DNA from: Heteronotia binoei
Taxonomy: Eukaryota
Reading direction: 5' to 3'
NCBI RefSeq assembly: GCF_032191835.1
Contig: NC_083228.1
Span: 50,902,001 to 50,966,000 of the forward strand
Length of the DNA stretch: 64,000 bases
Part shown: positions 38,960 to 51,079 of the stretch, one piece after another
Layout: every line of letters starts with the position of its first letter
How positions within the stretch are numbered: position 1 is the first letter of the stretch
Made by a program: the position numbers and the translations under genes
The notes under the pieces: model-generated
Told to the model about the DNA's origin: nothing
What the model saw: the letters and a program-made list of their open reading frames with translations, nothing else
Databases searched by the model: none

Positions 38960-39064
38960 TCATTTACTTTCATCACATAACTCTGTTTCAGAGCATGTAG
39001 GAAGATCAGTCCTCTCCCTTACTTTGCCTGCTTGCTTGCTTGCTTCTATAATTGAAGCCACACT
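38960..39064 (-). CDS. FANK1: FANK1 probable terminal coding exon (SVASIIEASKQAGKVRERTDLPTCSETELCDESK*)
   Basis: ttttcctttag acceptor, phase 0; start resembles human SVVSLLEERKK; internal AAA|GTAAGG donor at 39022 makes the 3' boundary uncertain. Confidence 0.7.
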   Translation of the reverse strand, partial: SVASIIEASKQAGKVRERTDLPTCSETELCDESK

Positions 39065-39159
39065 CTAAAGGAAAAAAAATTAAAAGGAAGTTAACAGATA
39101 TGAGCAAATGTTAACACACTAGGTATTTGGAAATTAGTTAAAGGAAAATATATACATAC

Positions 39160-39204
39160 CATTCTGTTTAAACTTCTAGCCATTTCTACGGCCCCTTTGC
39201 CAAA
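39160..39204 (-). CDS. FANK1: FANK1 exon (FGKGAVEMARSLNRM)
   Basis: 45 bp, cag/gtatgt sites; matches human FGKGVLEMARVFDRQ. Confidence 0.92.
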
Positions 39205-39300
39205 CTGTAAAAAAGATTACACATTCAATTTGGTGGGTTTGGAGGGGGGGGTTGGTAAAACTAGCATCCCCCCCCCAAAAAAATGTAGTTTTGCCATTAC

Positions 39301-39378
39301 CTCATTTTTAATTGACGCATCTGCCCCTTTATCTAGCAATAGTTGAACAAGTTCTTCAAAGTTGTTTAATGCTGCCAC
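39301..39378 (-). CDS. FANK1: FANK1 ankyrin exon ([26 protein letters not shown])
   Basis: 78 bp, cag/gtaatg sites; matches human [26 protein letters not shown]. Confidence 0.95.
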
Positions 39379-40117
39379 CTGCAAGTAAAAGCAGAACAAA
39401 AACCGCTATCAATAATTTCATTGTATATGCCTTAAAGTTCGAGAATATATTGGCTGCCTGACATAAGTCCAACTTTCCTATCATAACTCACTTATATGTA
39501 GGAAACCCCTGAACTGAACATGTGCTAATTACATAATAGATTCACTCAGTTTCCTATACAAAACTTAGTCCTGTGGATGCAATTTGCATTGTGTGTACCA
39601 ACAGTCTGAATTCACATAGAAGTGCCATGTAGATTTCTTTCCTTTCTGTATATTCTGGATATCTCTGTGATAATTTGTAATCAAAACACTACGGAGGAGA
39701 ACATTCTGCACCAAAGATTTGGAGCGTTTATACTGCAAACGGCCTTTCTAGATTAGCTATTATAGTTGGTAGATTACATAAATTTGCTCTCCTCCCACAA
39801 GACTGGAACAGTCTGTCCTGCCTAATCATATGTGGCTGATAGAAGCAAAGCTCTGATGGGAGGATGGATCCTTCTTTAGCAAGTGTTAATACTAATATTC
39901 TGTTAGCAGAAGCAGCATAATACTGGCAGCATTATGAAATACTAGGTAGTTTCTAAAAGAGGCAATTTTAAAAGCATAAACATGCCCCCATCTTGAAAGG
40001 TCCTGCCTGAGTAGCCTTTGACCAGAAAGTAAGCCTCCATGTGATTAGTGTTCCCCAAATAGGTGCCTGTGTGTGATTCCCAACACTTGGAATGTCCCCC
40101 TTGCATTTTAAGAGCAC

Positions 40118-40164
<47 letters not shown>

Positions 40165-42410
40165 TTTTGGGATTTATATCCCGCCCTTCCCACGGATGGC
40201 TCAGGGCGGCTTCCAACAATTAATCAACATAAAATTTAAACAATTTCAGGTATAAAAACAATTAAATATTTAAACAGTTAAAACTTTAAAACAGAATATT
40301 TCAATTTACTGTAAACAGATGGCTGGCCAGTTACATCAGTTGTCATTCTGGCTAGGTATAGGCTAGCCGGAAGAGGGTCGTCTTACAGGCCCTGCGGAAC
40401 TGCGCCAAGTCCCGCAGGGCCCTCACCTCTTCCGGCAGCTGATTCCACCATACGGGGGCCATAACGGAGAAAGCCCTTTCTCTGGTGGCTTTCAGACGGG
40501 CTTCTTTTGGCCCGGGGATAGTGAGGAGATTTTGTGTTCCTGACCTCAGTGCTCTCTGGGGAACATGTGGGGAGAGACGGTCCTTCAGGTAGGCAGGTCC
40601 CAGGCCATATAGGGCTTTAAAGGTGATAACCAGCACCTTGTACCGGACTCGGTATATCATTGGAAGCCAGTGCAGAGTCCGGAGACCCGGCCGGATGTGT
40701 CCCCACTTTGGGAGACCCAGTAACAGCCGGGCCGCGGCATTCTGCACCAGCTGCAGTTTCCGAGTCCGAGACAAGGGCAGCCCCATGTAGAGGGCATTGC
40801 AGTAGTCCAACCTTGAGGTGACCGTAGCATGGATCACTGTTGCTAGGTCGTCGCGCTCCAGAAAGGGGGCCAGCTGCCTTGCCCGCCTAAGATGAAAAAA
40901 TGCGGACTTAGCAGCGGCTGCTATCTGAGCCTCCATCTTTAAGGAAGGCTCCAATAGCACCCCCAAGCTCTTGACCCTGTCCGCTGCCATCAGCGGCGCA
41001 CCGTCAAAAACCGGCAGGGGGATCCCCCTCCCCAGGCCGCGGCGACCCAAGCAAAGGACCTCTGTCTTCGTAAAATTTAGCTTCAGCCCACTCAGTCTGA
41101 GCCACTCAGCCACGGCCCGTAATGCCCGGTCAAGATTTTCCGGGGCGCAGACAGGCTGGCCGTCCATCAGTAGATAGAGCTGGGTGTCATCAGCATACTG
41201 GTGACACCCCAGCCCATACCTTCGGGCAATCTGGGCAAGAGGCCGCATGTAGATGTTAAATAACATCGGGGAGAGAACCGCCCCCTGGGGCACACCACAA
41301 TCGAGTGTGCGCCTCCGGGATAGCTCCCCCCCAATTGCGACCCTTTGTCCCCGACCTTCCAGGAAAGAGGAAAGCCACTGTAAGGCCAACCCCTGAATCC
41401 CCGCGTCGGCGAGGCGGCACGTCAGTAGCCGATGGTCGACCGTGTCGAACGCAGCCGACAGGTCTAACAACATCAGCACCGCCGAGCCACCCCGATCCAG
41501 ATGCCGTTGAAGGTCATCCACTAGAGCAACCAACACCGTCTCCGTCCCGGGCGAAAGCTGGACTGAAATGGGTCAAGGACGGAAGTGTCCTCCAGGAAAG
41601 TCTGTAACTGCATCGAAACTGCCCTCTCAATGAGTTTACCCAGGAAGGGCAAATTTGAAACCGGCCGGTAGTGTGTCAATTGGGCCAGATCTAAAGATGG
41701 CTTTTTTAGGAGGGGACGGACCACAGCCTCTTTAAGTGGCGTTGGAAAGTGCCCTTCCATTAGGGATCTATTTATGATATCCCGCACGGGATATCTAAGA
41801 TCCCCCTGGCAAGATTTAATAAGCCAGGAAGGGCATGGGTCTAATTTACAAGTTGTTGGGCGAGCAGATACAAGAATCCTGTCAACTTCCTCCAGACTGA
41901 GGGGGCCAAAGCCATCCAGAGTATACTCCGAAGACAGGCTCGGGGCCTCAGGTTCGCTAACTGTCTCCAAACTGGCAGGGGGGTCGGGGCGGAGTGACGC
42001 GACTTTATCCGCAAAAAATTTCGCAAAAGCCTCACAGCCAATTTCCAATTCAATAGAATTTAACCTGCCTTGCGGCAGCGTTGTGAGTCCTCTAATTACG
42101 TCGAATAATTGTGCCGGGCGCAAAGTTGCGGACGCAATCTTAGCCGCAAAGAATGCTCTCTTTGCGGATTTGATTGCCATCTCATAGGCCTTCAAACTCT
42201 CTCTATAAGATGTTCCGGTCGCTTCGTCTCGAGTACGCCGCCATTGCCTCTCTAGTCGTCTGAGCCCCCGCTTTTGTTGCCGCAGCTCCTGGTTAAACCA
42301 AGGCGACGGTTTCGGGCGGGGGCGCAGAGGGCGCCTGGGTGCGATCTCCTCGATGGCCCTGGAGAGCCCATCGTTCCAGGACTCTACCAGATCATCCAGG
42401 GAATCGCCAT
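40118..42410 (-). mobile_element. L2 LINE, 5'-truncated, young
   Basis: RT motifs LLDLSAAFDTVDH, GVPQGAVLSPMLFNIY, QYADDTQLY; (TAAA)n tail; one frameshift near 41545; many CpGs retained. Confidence 0.92.
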
Positions 42411-43070
42411 ATGTATCTGGGTAAATTAGAAACACTGTCTATGTATACTAAGGTTCAGAATTGTAGTGGTAGTGTTGGAAGTGAAGGACATAGCACTATC
42501 TCTTAGCCTCAGCCTTCAGAGGGGGACTATGAGAGAGTCAGAGACATAGCTAGGCTAGGACACTGAGCATCCTTTCCTTCTCTCCTCTGATGCGTAGACT
42601 GCTATTCTCAGGAAAATGTCCTTCCTTCCAGACTGACACCTTCTCTCCACACTAAGCTAGCTTTCTCCATCTTAGCAGCATGAGAGCAGGACATGCCTCC
42701 TGTATTTCCATCCATTTTAGATAGTTAAACTCAGGCCTCAGATTCAGTGGGAGGTCACAGGAGCACAGCTCCTGAATCTTTCTGAAAGTTCCACCTCCTC
42801 CATCTGAGAGTTCCACCTCCTTGTCCATTGAATAGTATTGCAGCTGCATAACAATCCCTGGATGAGCTCCACCACCTATGTTTCTACAAAATGACCACTG
42901 GTTAGACTAGATAAGAAAATTATCTCTACCAAAAAACTATCTCTGAAAAAAAATGGTATTTTTCAGGTTTGGGTATATTGAACCCCCAAAATATCAGTAT
43001 TTCCCAATATTCTCAAATTTGGGAAATATTCAGGAGTGCCTATTTTTTCTGACTCCATTATACCCTAAGG

Positions 43071-43302
43071 CAGGGGTGCCAAACTGCAGCTTGGGAGCTA
43101 CATGTGGCTTTTTCAACATGTGTGGTTCTTGAAGCCCATGCTGCCCCATCGGTTGGCTTGGAGAAGGCATTTGTCTCTGGTCAGTAGCTTGTAGAATGTA
43201 TTTAAAGTTAGTTAGTTCCTTCCTTCCTTCCGACGTTCATGTCTTTCAAACACCTTAAGATTATTCTATGTGGCTCTCACATTAAGCAGGTTTGGCCACC
43301 CC
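43071..43302. mobile_element. hAT-type MITE (CAGGGGTGGCCAAAC family)
   Basis: Collinear with 16733 and 25815 copies; TSD unclear. Confidence 0.65.
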
Positions 43303-45385
43303 ATAGGGCCTATGGAAACTATTATAGTCAATGGTCCCCATAGGCTATAATGAAGAATTGATCCAAGGGTACCTGGTGGTCCGGGGGGGGGGGGAGGTAA
43401 AGGTACCTTGTAAGGTAAAGGCACCAAATTTGAAGCTGCTGGTTCCTATCCTCAACCCTTCCTCCCAAGTTTCAAAAGGATTGGGCCAGGGATCCAATTC
43501 CATAGTCCCCAGAAGAAGATGTTCCCATCCTCCATTGTTTCCAATGGTGGGGAAAAGGCATTTAAAGCAGAGGTGTCAAACATAACCCATAGAAAGGGTT
43601 TCTATCCATCTGGCAAGCAACTGGCTCTCATCTGTTTTCTGCATTGCAGCTCACTTTTGCCTGTCTCTCTCCTCTCTTGCTTCCTGCTTTGTAGAGGAAA
43701 GCCAAGCCTCTCTTCCCTCAATTGAGTTAGTGCTCCTCCTCCTCCTTCTCTGAGGAGGAAGGGATAGCCAAAGAGAGATGGAGTCCAGTGGCACCTTTAA
43801 GACCAACAAAGTTTCATTCCAGGTATAAGCTTTTGTGTACAAGCACACTTCTTCAGGTAGAGAGAGAGGGAGGGACTGTTGGAGGGGGTGTGAAAGAGAG
43901 AGAGAGATGGAGGTGGGAAAGAAACCTAACAGCACAGCTTGCAATATTTATTACTGGAAGAAAGCAAGAGTCCAGGAGGGCAGGAGGAGCAGAGAGTGCT
44001 GTGGTATATTTAAAGCTAACAAAGATTTATTCCAGGTACAAACTTCATATGTACGTGCACTTCGGGGGGGAGGAGGAAGAGGGAGAAGGGGAGTGAAAGA
44101 GCCAGAGAGAGCACGAGAGAGAGATCCACCTTTCCAGTTATAACAGATGGTGTGGGGGGGAGGAGAAGAAACCTAATACCATATCTTGGAATCTTTATTA
44201 GTGGAAGGGAGCAAGAGTCCAATATCACCTTAACAACTAACAAAATTTGTGGAAGGACATGAACTTTTATTAGTCACTGCTCACTTTTTCAAATCCAGCT
44301 AGAATGTGAGTCCATCTGTCCTTATATCTTGGAAAATGGAGTGATTTCAGATGCCAAATAACAATAGCAAGCATTTGTAACAAGAGAAGAAACCTAGGTT
44401 TCACTTCAGCCCAGGAGGATGCATTGTCTTGAGCTTCATTATCAGATGCAGTTCAGCAGTCTTTCTCTCGAACCACACTTTGAAATTCCTTTGTAAAAGA
44501 ACTGCTGCTCTTAGGTCAGCAGCTGAATATCCTGGAAGGTTAAAAAATTGTGCCATAGTCCATACTATAGAGTTTGGTAAACATAGAGGATACCCGGTAA
44601 ATATTTGGCAAGAAATACAATGTATTCGAGTAGCACACACTAAATTCTTTTAAGAAATTGTCATTTAAAGATATATCTGCAATATATCCAATAATCCGTT
44701 TTATGAAAATATTTTATTATATTTTCAGTTTATTGATGACATATTCCTTTTATATTAGGATCCAGGTAACATTAAAGACTTTTTTCAGTGGATTAATACG
44801 ATGCACCCATTGGGAACAACTGGAAGTGATAGTTTAAATTTTTTAGATACTTGCGTTTTCCGTACCACTGATAATAAACTGGCAGTTAAACCATATGTGA
44901 AGAAAACAGACAAGAATTCATACTTAAAGTATGATTCCTACCATCCATTACATTTACGTAAAAATTTACCTTATGGCCAGTTTTTGCGGATTCATCGAAA
45001 TTCAACCTATCAGAGGGACTTTAAAGAACAGGCAGATATTATGTTGTGTCAATTTCGGGACTGGGGTTATCCAGAACAAGTTATAAAAAAAAACTTTAGA
45101 AAGGGCAAAACATGTTATAGAGCAGAATTATTAATGGATAATGTTAAAGCAAAGAGATCAGGTGGGGTGTCATGTGCTTTTGATTTTAATAACAGGTCCT
45201 ATGAGATTAAGAGAATTATAGAGAGAAACTGGCATCTGGTGCAGGATGTACCGGGATGTGAAAGGCCCCCCTTCATTGGGCTTAGGAAAACTAGAAGTTT
45301 TAGGAACATGCTAATTAAAACTGACATTAAAACTGACATCAGGAATGAAACTACAGTTCTTAAAGGGCACTTCCCGTGTGGAGCT

Positions 45386-46083
45386 GTAATGCCTCTGTAT
45401 AAATCGATGGTGCGGTCTCATTTGGAGTACTGTGTGCAGTTCTGGTCGCCGCACCTCAAAAAGGATATTATAGCATTGGAGAAAGTTCAGAAAAGGGCAA
45501 CTAAAATGATTAAAGGGCTGGAACACCTTCCCTATGAAGAAAGGTTGAAACGCTTAGGGCTCTTTAGCTTGGAGAAACGTCGACTGAGGGGTGACATGAT
45601 AGAAGTTTACAAGATAATGCATGGGATGGAGAAAGTAGAGAAAGAAGTACTTTTCTCCCTTTCTCACAATACAAGAACTCGTGGGCATTCGATGAAATTG
45701 CTGAGCAGACAGGTTAAAACGGATAAAAGGAAGTACTTCTTCACCCAAAGGGTGATTAACATGTGGAATTCACTGCCACAGGAGGTGGTGGCATCCACAA
45801 GCATAGCCACCTTCAAGAAGGGGTTAGATAAAAATATGGAGCAGAGGTCCNNNNNNNNNNNNNNNNNNNNNNNNNNNNNNNNNNNNNNNNNNNNNNNNNN
45901 NNNNNNNNNNNNNNNNNNNNNNNNNNNNNNNNNNNNNNNNNNNNNNNNNNNNNNNNNNNNNNNNNNNNNNNNNNNNNNNNNNNNNNNNNNNNNNNNNNNN
46001 NNNNNNNNNTGACACAGAATGTTGGACTGGATGGGCCATTGGCCTGATCTAACATGGCTTCTCTTATGTTCTTATGTTCTTAT
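45386..46083 (+). mobile_element. CR1 LINE 3' fragment inserted in the Penelope ORF
   Basis: MPLYKSMVRSHLEYCVQFWSPHLKKDI...; (cttatgtt)n tail; 5-bp TSD GAGCT at 45381-45385 and 46084-46088. Confidence 0.92.
45851..46009. other. Assembly gap (159 N)
   Basis: Directly visible. Confidence 1.
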
Positions 46084-49000
46084 GAGCTTGCTCTGTATGT
46101 GAACTGGCCTGGCATACAGACAAATTAATTTTACCACACTTTAAGAAAAAATTGACAACCTGGACAACTTGGGTAGCAAAAGAGCTGTATATTTAATAAA
46201 ATGTGCATGTTCAAAATTGTATGTGGGATCCACTATTAGAACTATTCGGACGAGAATTTGTGAGCATCGCTCACGCTTAAAAAATGTCCAAAATGATGTT
46301 CCTTTAAGTCAACACTTTGCTGAAGCTAATCATTCGCCCACTGACTTTACATTTTTGGTTCTGGAAAAGTTTGAGGCACATCCCTATGTTAGGACAGATA
46401 TTCAAAAACATCTTTTAAGATGAGAAAATTACTGGATACACACCCTAAGAACAATGGCACAAGGGCTTGAACCATAGTCTTGATTGGTCTGTTTTTTTGT
46501 AATATATTCCTTGTAACAATGTTTTGGCAACAATGTCTTCTGTAACAAAGTTTCTTAGCAATGTATATGTATGGCAACAAATCATTGCAAAAAGTTTTTG
46601 TAATAGTGTAAGAATGTTAATAAGCACTGTTGTGATTCTATATCTTTAAAGTTGTGGAGAATTGCTGCAACAGCTGTAATGAATCTAGTGGCAAGCCTTT
46701 GCAATAGGATATATCAAAGCAACAATAGCAAGCATTGGTAACAAGAGAAGAAACCTAGGTTTCAGTTCCATCCAGGAGGATGCATTGTCTTGAGCTTCAT
46801 TATCAGTTGCAATTCAGCAGTCTTTCTCTCTAATCTCCCTTTGAAATTCCTTTGTAAAAGAACTGCTGCTCTTAGGTCAGCAGCTGAATGTCCTGGAAGG
46901 TTAAAATGGTGTCCCACTGGTTTTTGAATGCTGTGGTTTCTAAACAGCAGTAAAAAGAATAAGAGCAGGCCCGTAGCTACAGGGACAGCCCCTCAAATGA
47001 AACCCCTTCTTGATATTTAAGGCCCCTCAACAGTCCCCCACCTCCCAGGGACCCATGCAAGCAAGCCTCCTTGGACTGCAATGAGCCTTGGGCCATGTTT
47101 ACATGGAGAGCTGCCTGCCCAGCTGCGGAGCCCAGCAGTAGCACAGAGGCATCAGCGTTGGGGGGCAGGAGCAGCTCTCCTCCTCCTCTGTGGGAGCTGC
47201 AGCAGCGCTTGGTGGCCGGGGCCCAGAGTGGTGGCAGCAGTGATGGGACTTGCCCAATAGCAATGGGGTTTGCCTGGCAGGAGCGGGGGGACAGGAGGAG
47301 GAGGAGGCAGGCAAGAGCTGGCAGCCCTGCAGCGGGACTAGCTGGGGTGGGGAGGGGGAGGCAGGCAGGCTTGTGTACACTGCAGATAACTCAGTCACTC
47401 CCACCCGTTCTCACTCACTCACTCCTGCCTGCCCACCTGCCACTCCCCCAGCAGCCCTGACCCAGCGGAGAGATGGACAGACAGAGCCCCCCCTTTCTGC
47501 GCCGCAGGAGCCCCTGAAGACCACCCTGGATAGGTATGTCACTGCTGCCATTGCCCCTGGACAGCAGTTGGTTGAAAGCCCCCCACCTAAAATTTTATCC
47601 CATAGGTCCTCCCACCTAAAATTTTCTGGCTTCTGAATAAGAGTGAAGTAGTACCTTAAAGACTAACAAATTTGTGGTAGGATATGAGTTTTCGTGAATC
47701 ACTGCTCATTCTTTAGACTTATTTTCATTTATTCTTTGCATCCTCCTGGACTGAATCCTCCTGGACCAAATTGAGTCCTAGGTTTCCTGTCTTATTACCA
47801 ATGCTGATATCTCCATGCCTACTACTCCTCTGCATATCACATCTAATCTAATAAAGCCTGCTATTGCCATCTGACATCTGAAATCTTCTTCATAAAGTTT
47901 ATATCTCCAGTAACTCATGTTACATTTTATGGCACACATGGTGACATTTATGTCATACCCAACCCTTGTAACAAATGAGTTTGACACCTCTGGTTTAAAG
48001 AGATGCTGTCCCTTGAAATGCCTTTAGTAAAGCCACACCAGAAGTTAACTCCAGTGAAGCAAGTTCACCCAGAAGTCTCCCAGGTGAACTCATTGCATTG
48101 GGGTTCACTTGTGGTGTGGCTTGCAAAATCACAATATTTCAATGTAATATCAGAGAATCCTATTATATAGAAAATGAGTTTGTATATACATCTTTTACAA
48201 AGTCTCAAGATTCTACAGCATCATATTTAATAATACAATCCGAATAATAGGGCTTATACTGACAGTTTGAATGCAAATTAAAGAAACACAACTTAATTGT
48301 ATGGTTATTCAAAGTCCAAAATATCTTGTTGGGAAAGATCAGTTTTGAATTCAGATGAATAGATGAAGACATTGGAACAGACAGACAATCAGTGTGTGTG
48401 TGTGTATATTTTTACTTTACAAATGTTGGAAAGTAAGCAGCAAGTGGGCTCCAAAGTTGGGATTAGTTTGGAGCCAAAAAGTTTGAATCTTACTGGCCTA
48501 TTTGATTCTAACTGCCAAAGGAGGAGAGTAACTGCAGCACACTGCCCACTTGAACTAATTTGAATGATGGATAAAGAACCAGGTGTGGTCATATACGAAC
48601 ACGCAATAGGCTTAAAATGGATAATTGCCAATTTAATTCTTCAATGCATTAAGGGTGTGTTAGCATAGCTAATTACTGAGATATAGCCTGTATTTCTGAG
48701 TGGGTCAGCCAGAGCTCAGCAATAGCAAGGACTCCTCAAGAGAAGAGGACTCCTAAGGAGAAAAAGAGCCCTGTGTAGCCAGCCTTGAGTTAACGGAAGC
48801 TGACCAAAATGAGCTGCAGCAGGATTGTCAGGACTCACAGCCAATAGCTGATGCAAAGCTACCAACATCCTCCATCTGATTCAGCAGGTGAAACTTAGTA
48901 GGCCATTACCAGTCCACTAGTATCACCTACACCCTTAGAGCACAAGACAGAGAGAGACAGACAAAAGGGCAAAGTGCATGCCTCCTAGCCCAATGCCAGC

Positions 49001-50935
49001 TGCTTGCTGATAACAAAGATGGGTAGTTGCAGCATTGCCTCAGAGAAGCTGGCTGCAAGCATGACCCTTAGGCATGGAGCTATAAAAACAGCCAAGAGAG
49101 GCTGTTAAGCATGGATGTATGACAGATGATAAGCCATGGATTCTGTCTTGCCTGACTTCTAGCACCTGATGCTTGGAGCCTGCAAGCCAGTGCAAGAAGG
49201 GACTAATTCACTTAATTCCCACTTAATTTAGACTGTTCCTCTTTTGTTATGCTAGGAAAAGCTTTACGTGGAGTATTCAAGCTGCTTCTCTATTGTCATT
49301 CAGGGAAATGTCTGGCTGAAGCCCCATCTTACTGAAATATGGGGGTTCCTTGATGGATTTCTATAAGGTCTGATATCAGATGCTCTAGCAGAAGCTTGCT
49401 ATCAGTTCCAGTGGCAAGTGTAACAGTTGAAGGAGAGCAAAGAAGAAAACATTGCTCTCCTCTAAATGGGTAGGTGTTATTAGCACAAGCAACCTCCCTC
49501 AGTGATCAGGAAACTTTGGATGAACCACTGAAGAAGGCTTATTGGTTTTATGTTTCTGAAGTAAGGCTGTTTATTTCTCTTGACTCTTTTTACAAAACAA
49601 TCATAAGTGTAGGGGTGAAGCAGCCAGGTTTTTAAAATAGCTAAGCAAAACAGTTGTTTAAAAACCCTAGCAATAAGAACTCCACATCTAATAGGGTCAC
49701 TTCACATGCTATGTGGTAGCAAAACTAATAAGTTTGCCACCATATACATACTCAACAGGGAGCTATTGCCAGTCATAGCTCCCTGATGAACTATAAGATA
49801 TACAGGTTTGCAAACGTATCTGTCACATTTACTCTTCATATTTTTAAACATACAGTAAAAACAGCTTAGATATGCTCCTAAAAATATGGACAGTAATCTT
49901 GGGCAGATGTTTGATAGAAATCAGACAGACATGTCACAAAGGATCAGGGACAGCTGAGTAATTTGCAGTATGCCATTTGAGCATGTTTGCGAATACTGCA
50001 TATAACTGGCTCAACTGTAGTGCTGAAATTTGCATCTATGTGAGCAATGAATATTAATCAGAACTCAGAGCTTGGCAATAATATACATGCTTCTACAGAT
50101 CATTAAAATATCATCCTAAACCCCTATTTGTAAGTACTTGTGTGCTTGTGTGCTCTTGCTCTCTGACTGGAATGAAAATATGACATAGAGAACATTTGAT
50201 CTTTATAGAATCTACAAATGTGGTACTTCAGAAAGATGAATTTTGAAGTGTGAAGGAATCAGAGGGCTCATCTTATTAAAGAAACATTTGAATCTGCTCA
50301 GTCTATGTACTGCATTTCATGCACCAAACCTAAGGGAAATAGTTTGATATAAAGTGCCTTAACAAGAGAAATCAAATGGATCCCTACTTTTCAAATCTTC
50401 CTGTCTTCAAAATACCAGTTCAAGGAGTCCTTAAGCTGGCACTGATAATAAAAGGGTTCCTTGCACTAGTACTGCATAATATTCCTGTGAGTGGCATTAG
50501 CATTGCATGAAAAACAGGGTGATCCCTCAAATAAAACAAAAATCTGCCAGACTGTGCAGATTTCCCTCAACAGTGAAATGGAGGGCTAAGTAGCATACTA
50601 GTACTTGATCCCTGTCATTAGTAGGTCTTTCTACCTTTGTCACAGGACTGATGGACAATAGATTTTTATCATGTCAGAGTGAAATTAAGCTGTATATTGG
50701 AGATGGAAACTGATGGTGATGGGGAACAAAATCAGCAGGCACAAGCCATGCCAGTATAAGTAGACTCTTGTACAGGGAAACAGGTAGGAGACATGTCTCA
50801 CTTTCATATATTATAGGTCTTTAAATCTGAAATATTAAGGTTCAGGTGAGTTCAAAAGACTTTTTTCCAATTACAAACAAAAACTCTCTCCTTAACTGGA
50901 ATTATACTAGCATGGTATTTATTGTAAATGCATAC

Positions 50936-51079
50936 CATTAAAGGTGTCTTGCCATCCTTATCTTTCATATTCACATTTGCTCCAGCATCTATTAACAGAG
51001 CGGCCACATCACTCTTCCCACTTACTGCACATACTCTCATCAGTGGAGTCCATTCCAGTCCTATGTCTTTAACATCAAC
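50936..51079 (-). CDS. FANK1: FANK1 ankyrin exon ([48 protein letters not shown])
   Basis: 144 bp, cag/gtatgc sites, phase 0; matches human [21 protein letters not shown]...GKTPLM. Confidence 0.95.

Larger units (their letters stand above)
44210..46906 (+). mobile_element. Penelope-like retroelement (Neptune type): RT C-terminal half, CxxC linker, GIY-YIG endonuclease
   Basis: YFQFIDDIF, NFLDT, LPYGQFLRIHRNS, GHFPCGACSVC (after removing the CR1), AVYLIKCACSKLYVGST...RICEH; ~185-bp direct repeats at 44360..44545 and 46721..46906. Confidence 0.85.
43568..47992. mobile_element. CAGAGGTGTCAAAC hAT-type element expanded by nested insertions
   Basis: TIRs cagaggtgtcaaac ... gtttgacacctctg; TSD atttaaag/gtttaaag. 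Confidence 0.7.
43320..48030. mobile_element. TAGGGTTGCC-family fragment split by nested insertions
   Basis: 43320..43567 matches the interior of 14500..15007 and resumes at 47993 (gtttaaagagatgctgtcccttgaaatg). Confidence 0.6.

Noticed and set aside
41305-42187. Plus-strand ORFs of 100-137 aa
   Set aside because: Antisense shadow frames of the GC-rich L2 ORF2.
44801-46012. 403-aa ORF as a novel gene
   Set aside because: It is an in-frame chimera of Penelope RT, an inserted CR1 and translated N bases.
47071-47636. Overlapping GC-rich ORFs of 101-129 aa
   Set aside because: Low-complexity, no recognisable domain or splice context, and they lie inside a nested TE interior.
48650-49690. Possible solo LTR (TG start, tataaaaa, GC-richer block)
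   Set aside because: No matching TG...CA ends with a TSD and no second copy in the window; similar unresolved blocks at 21655-21970 and 54640-55100.
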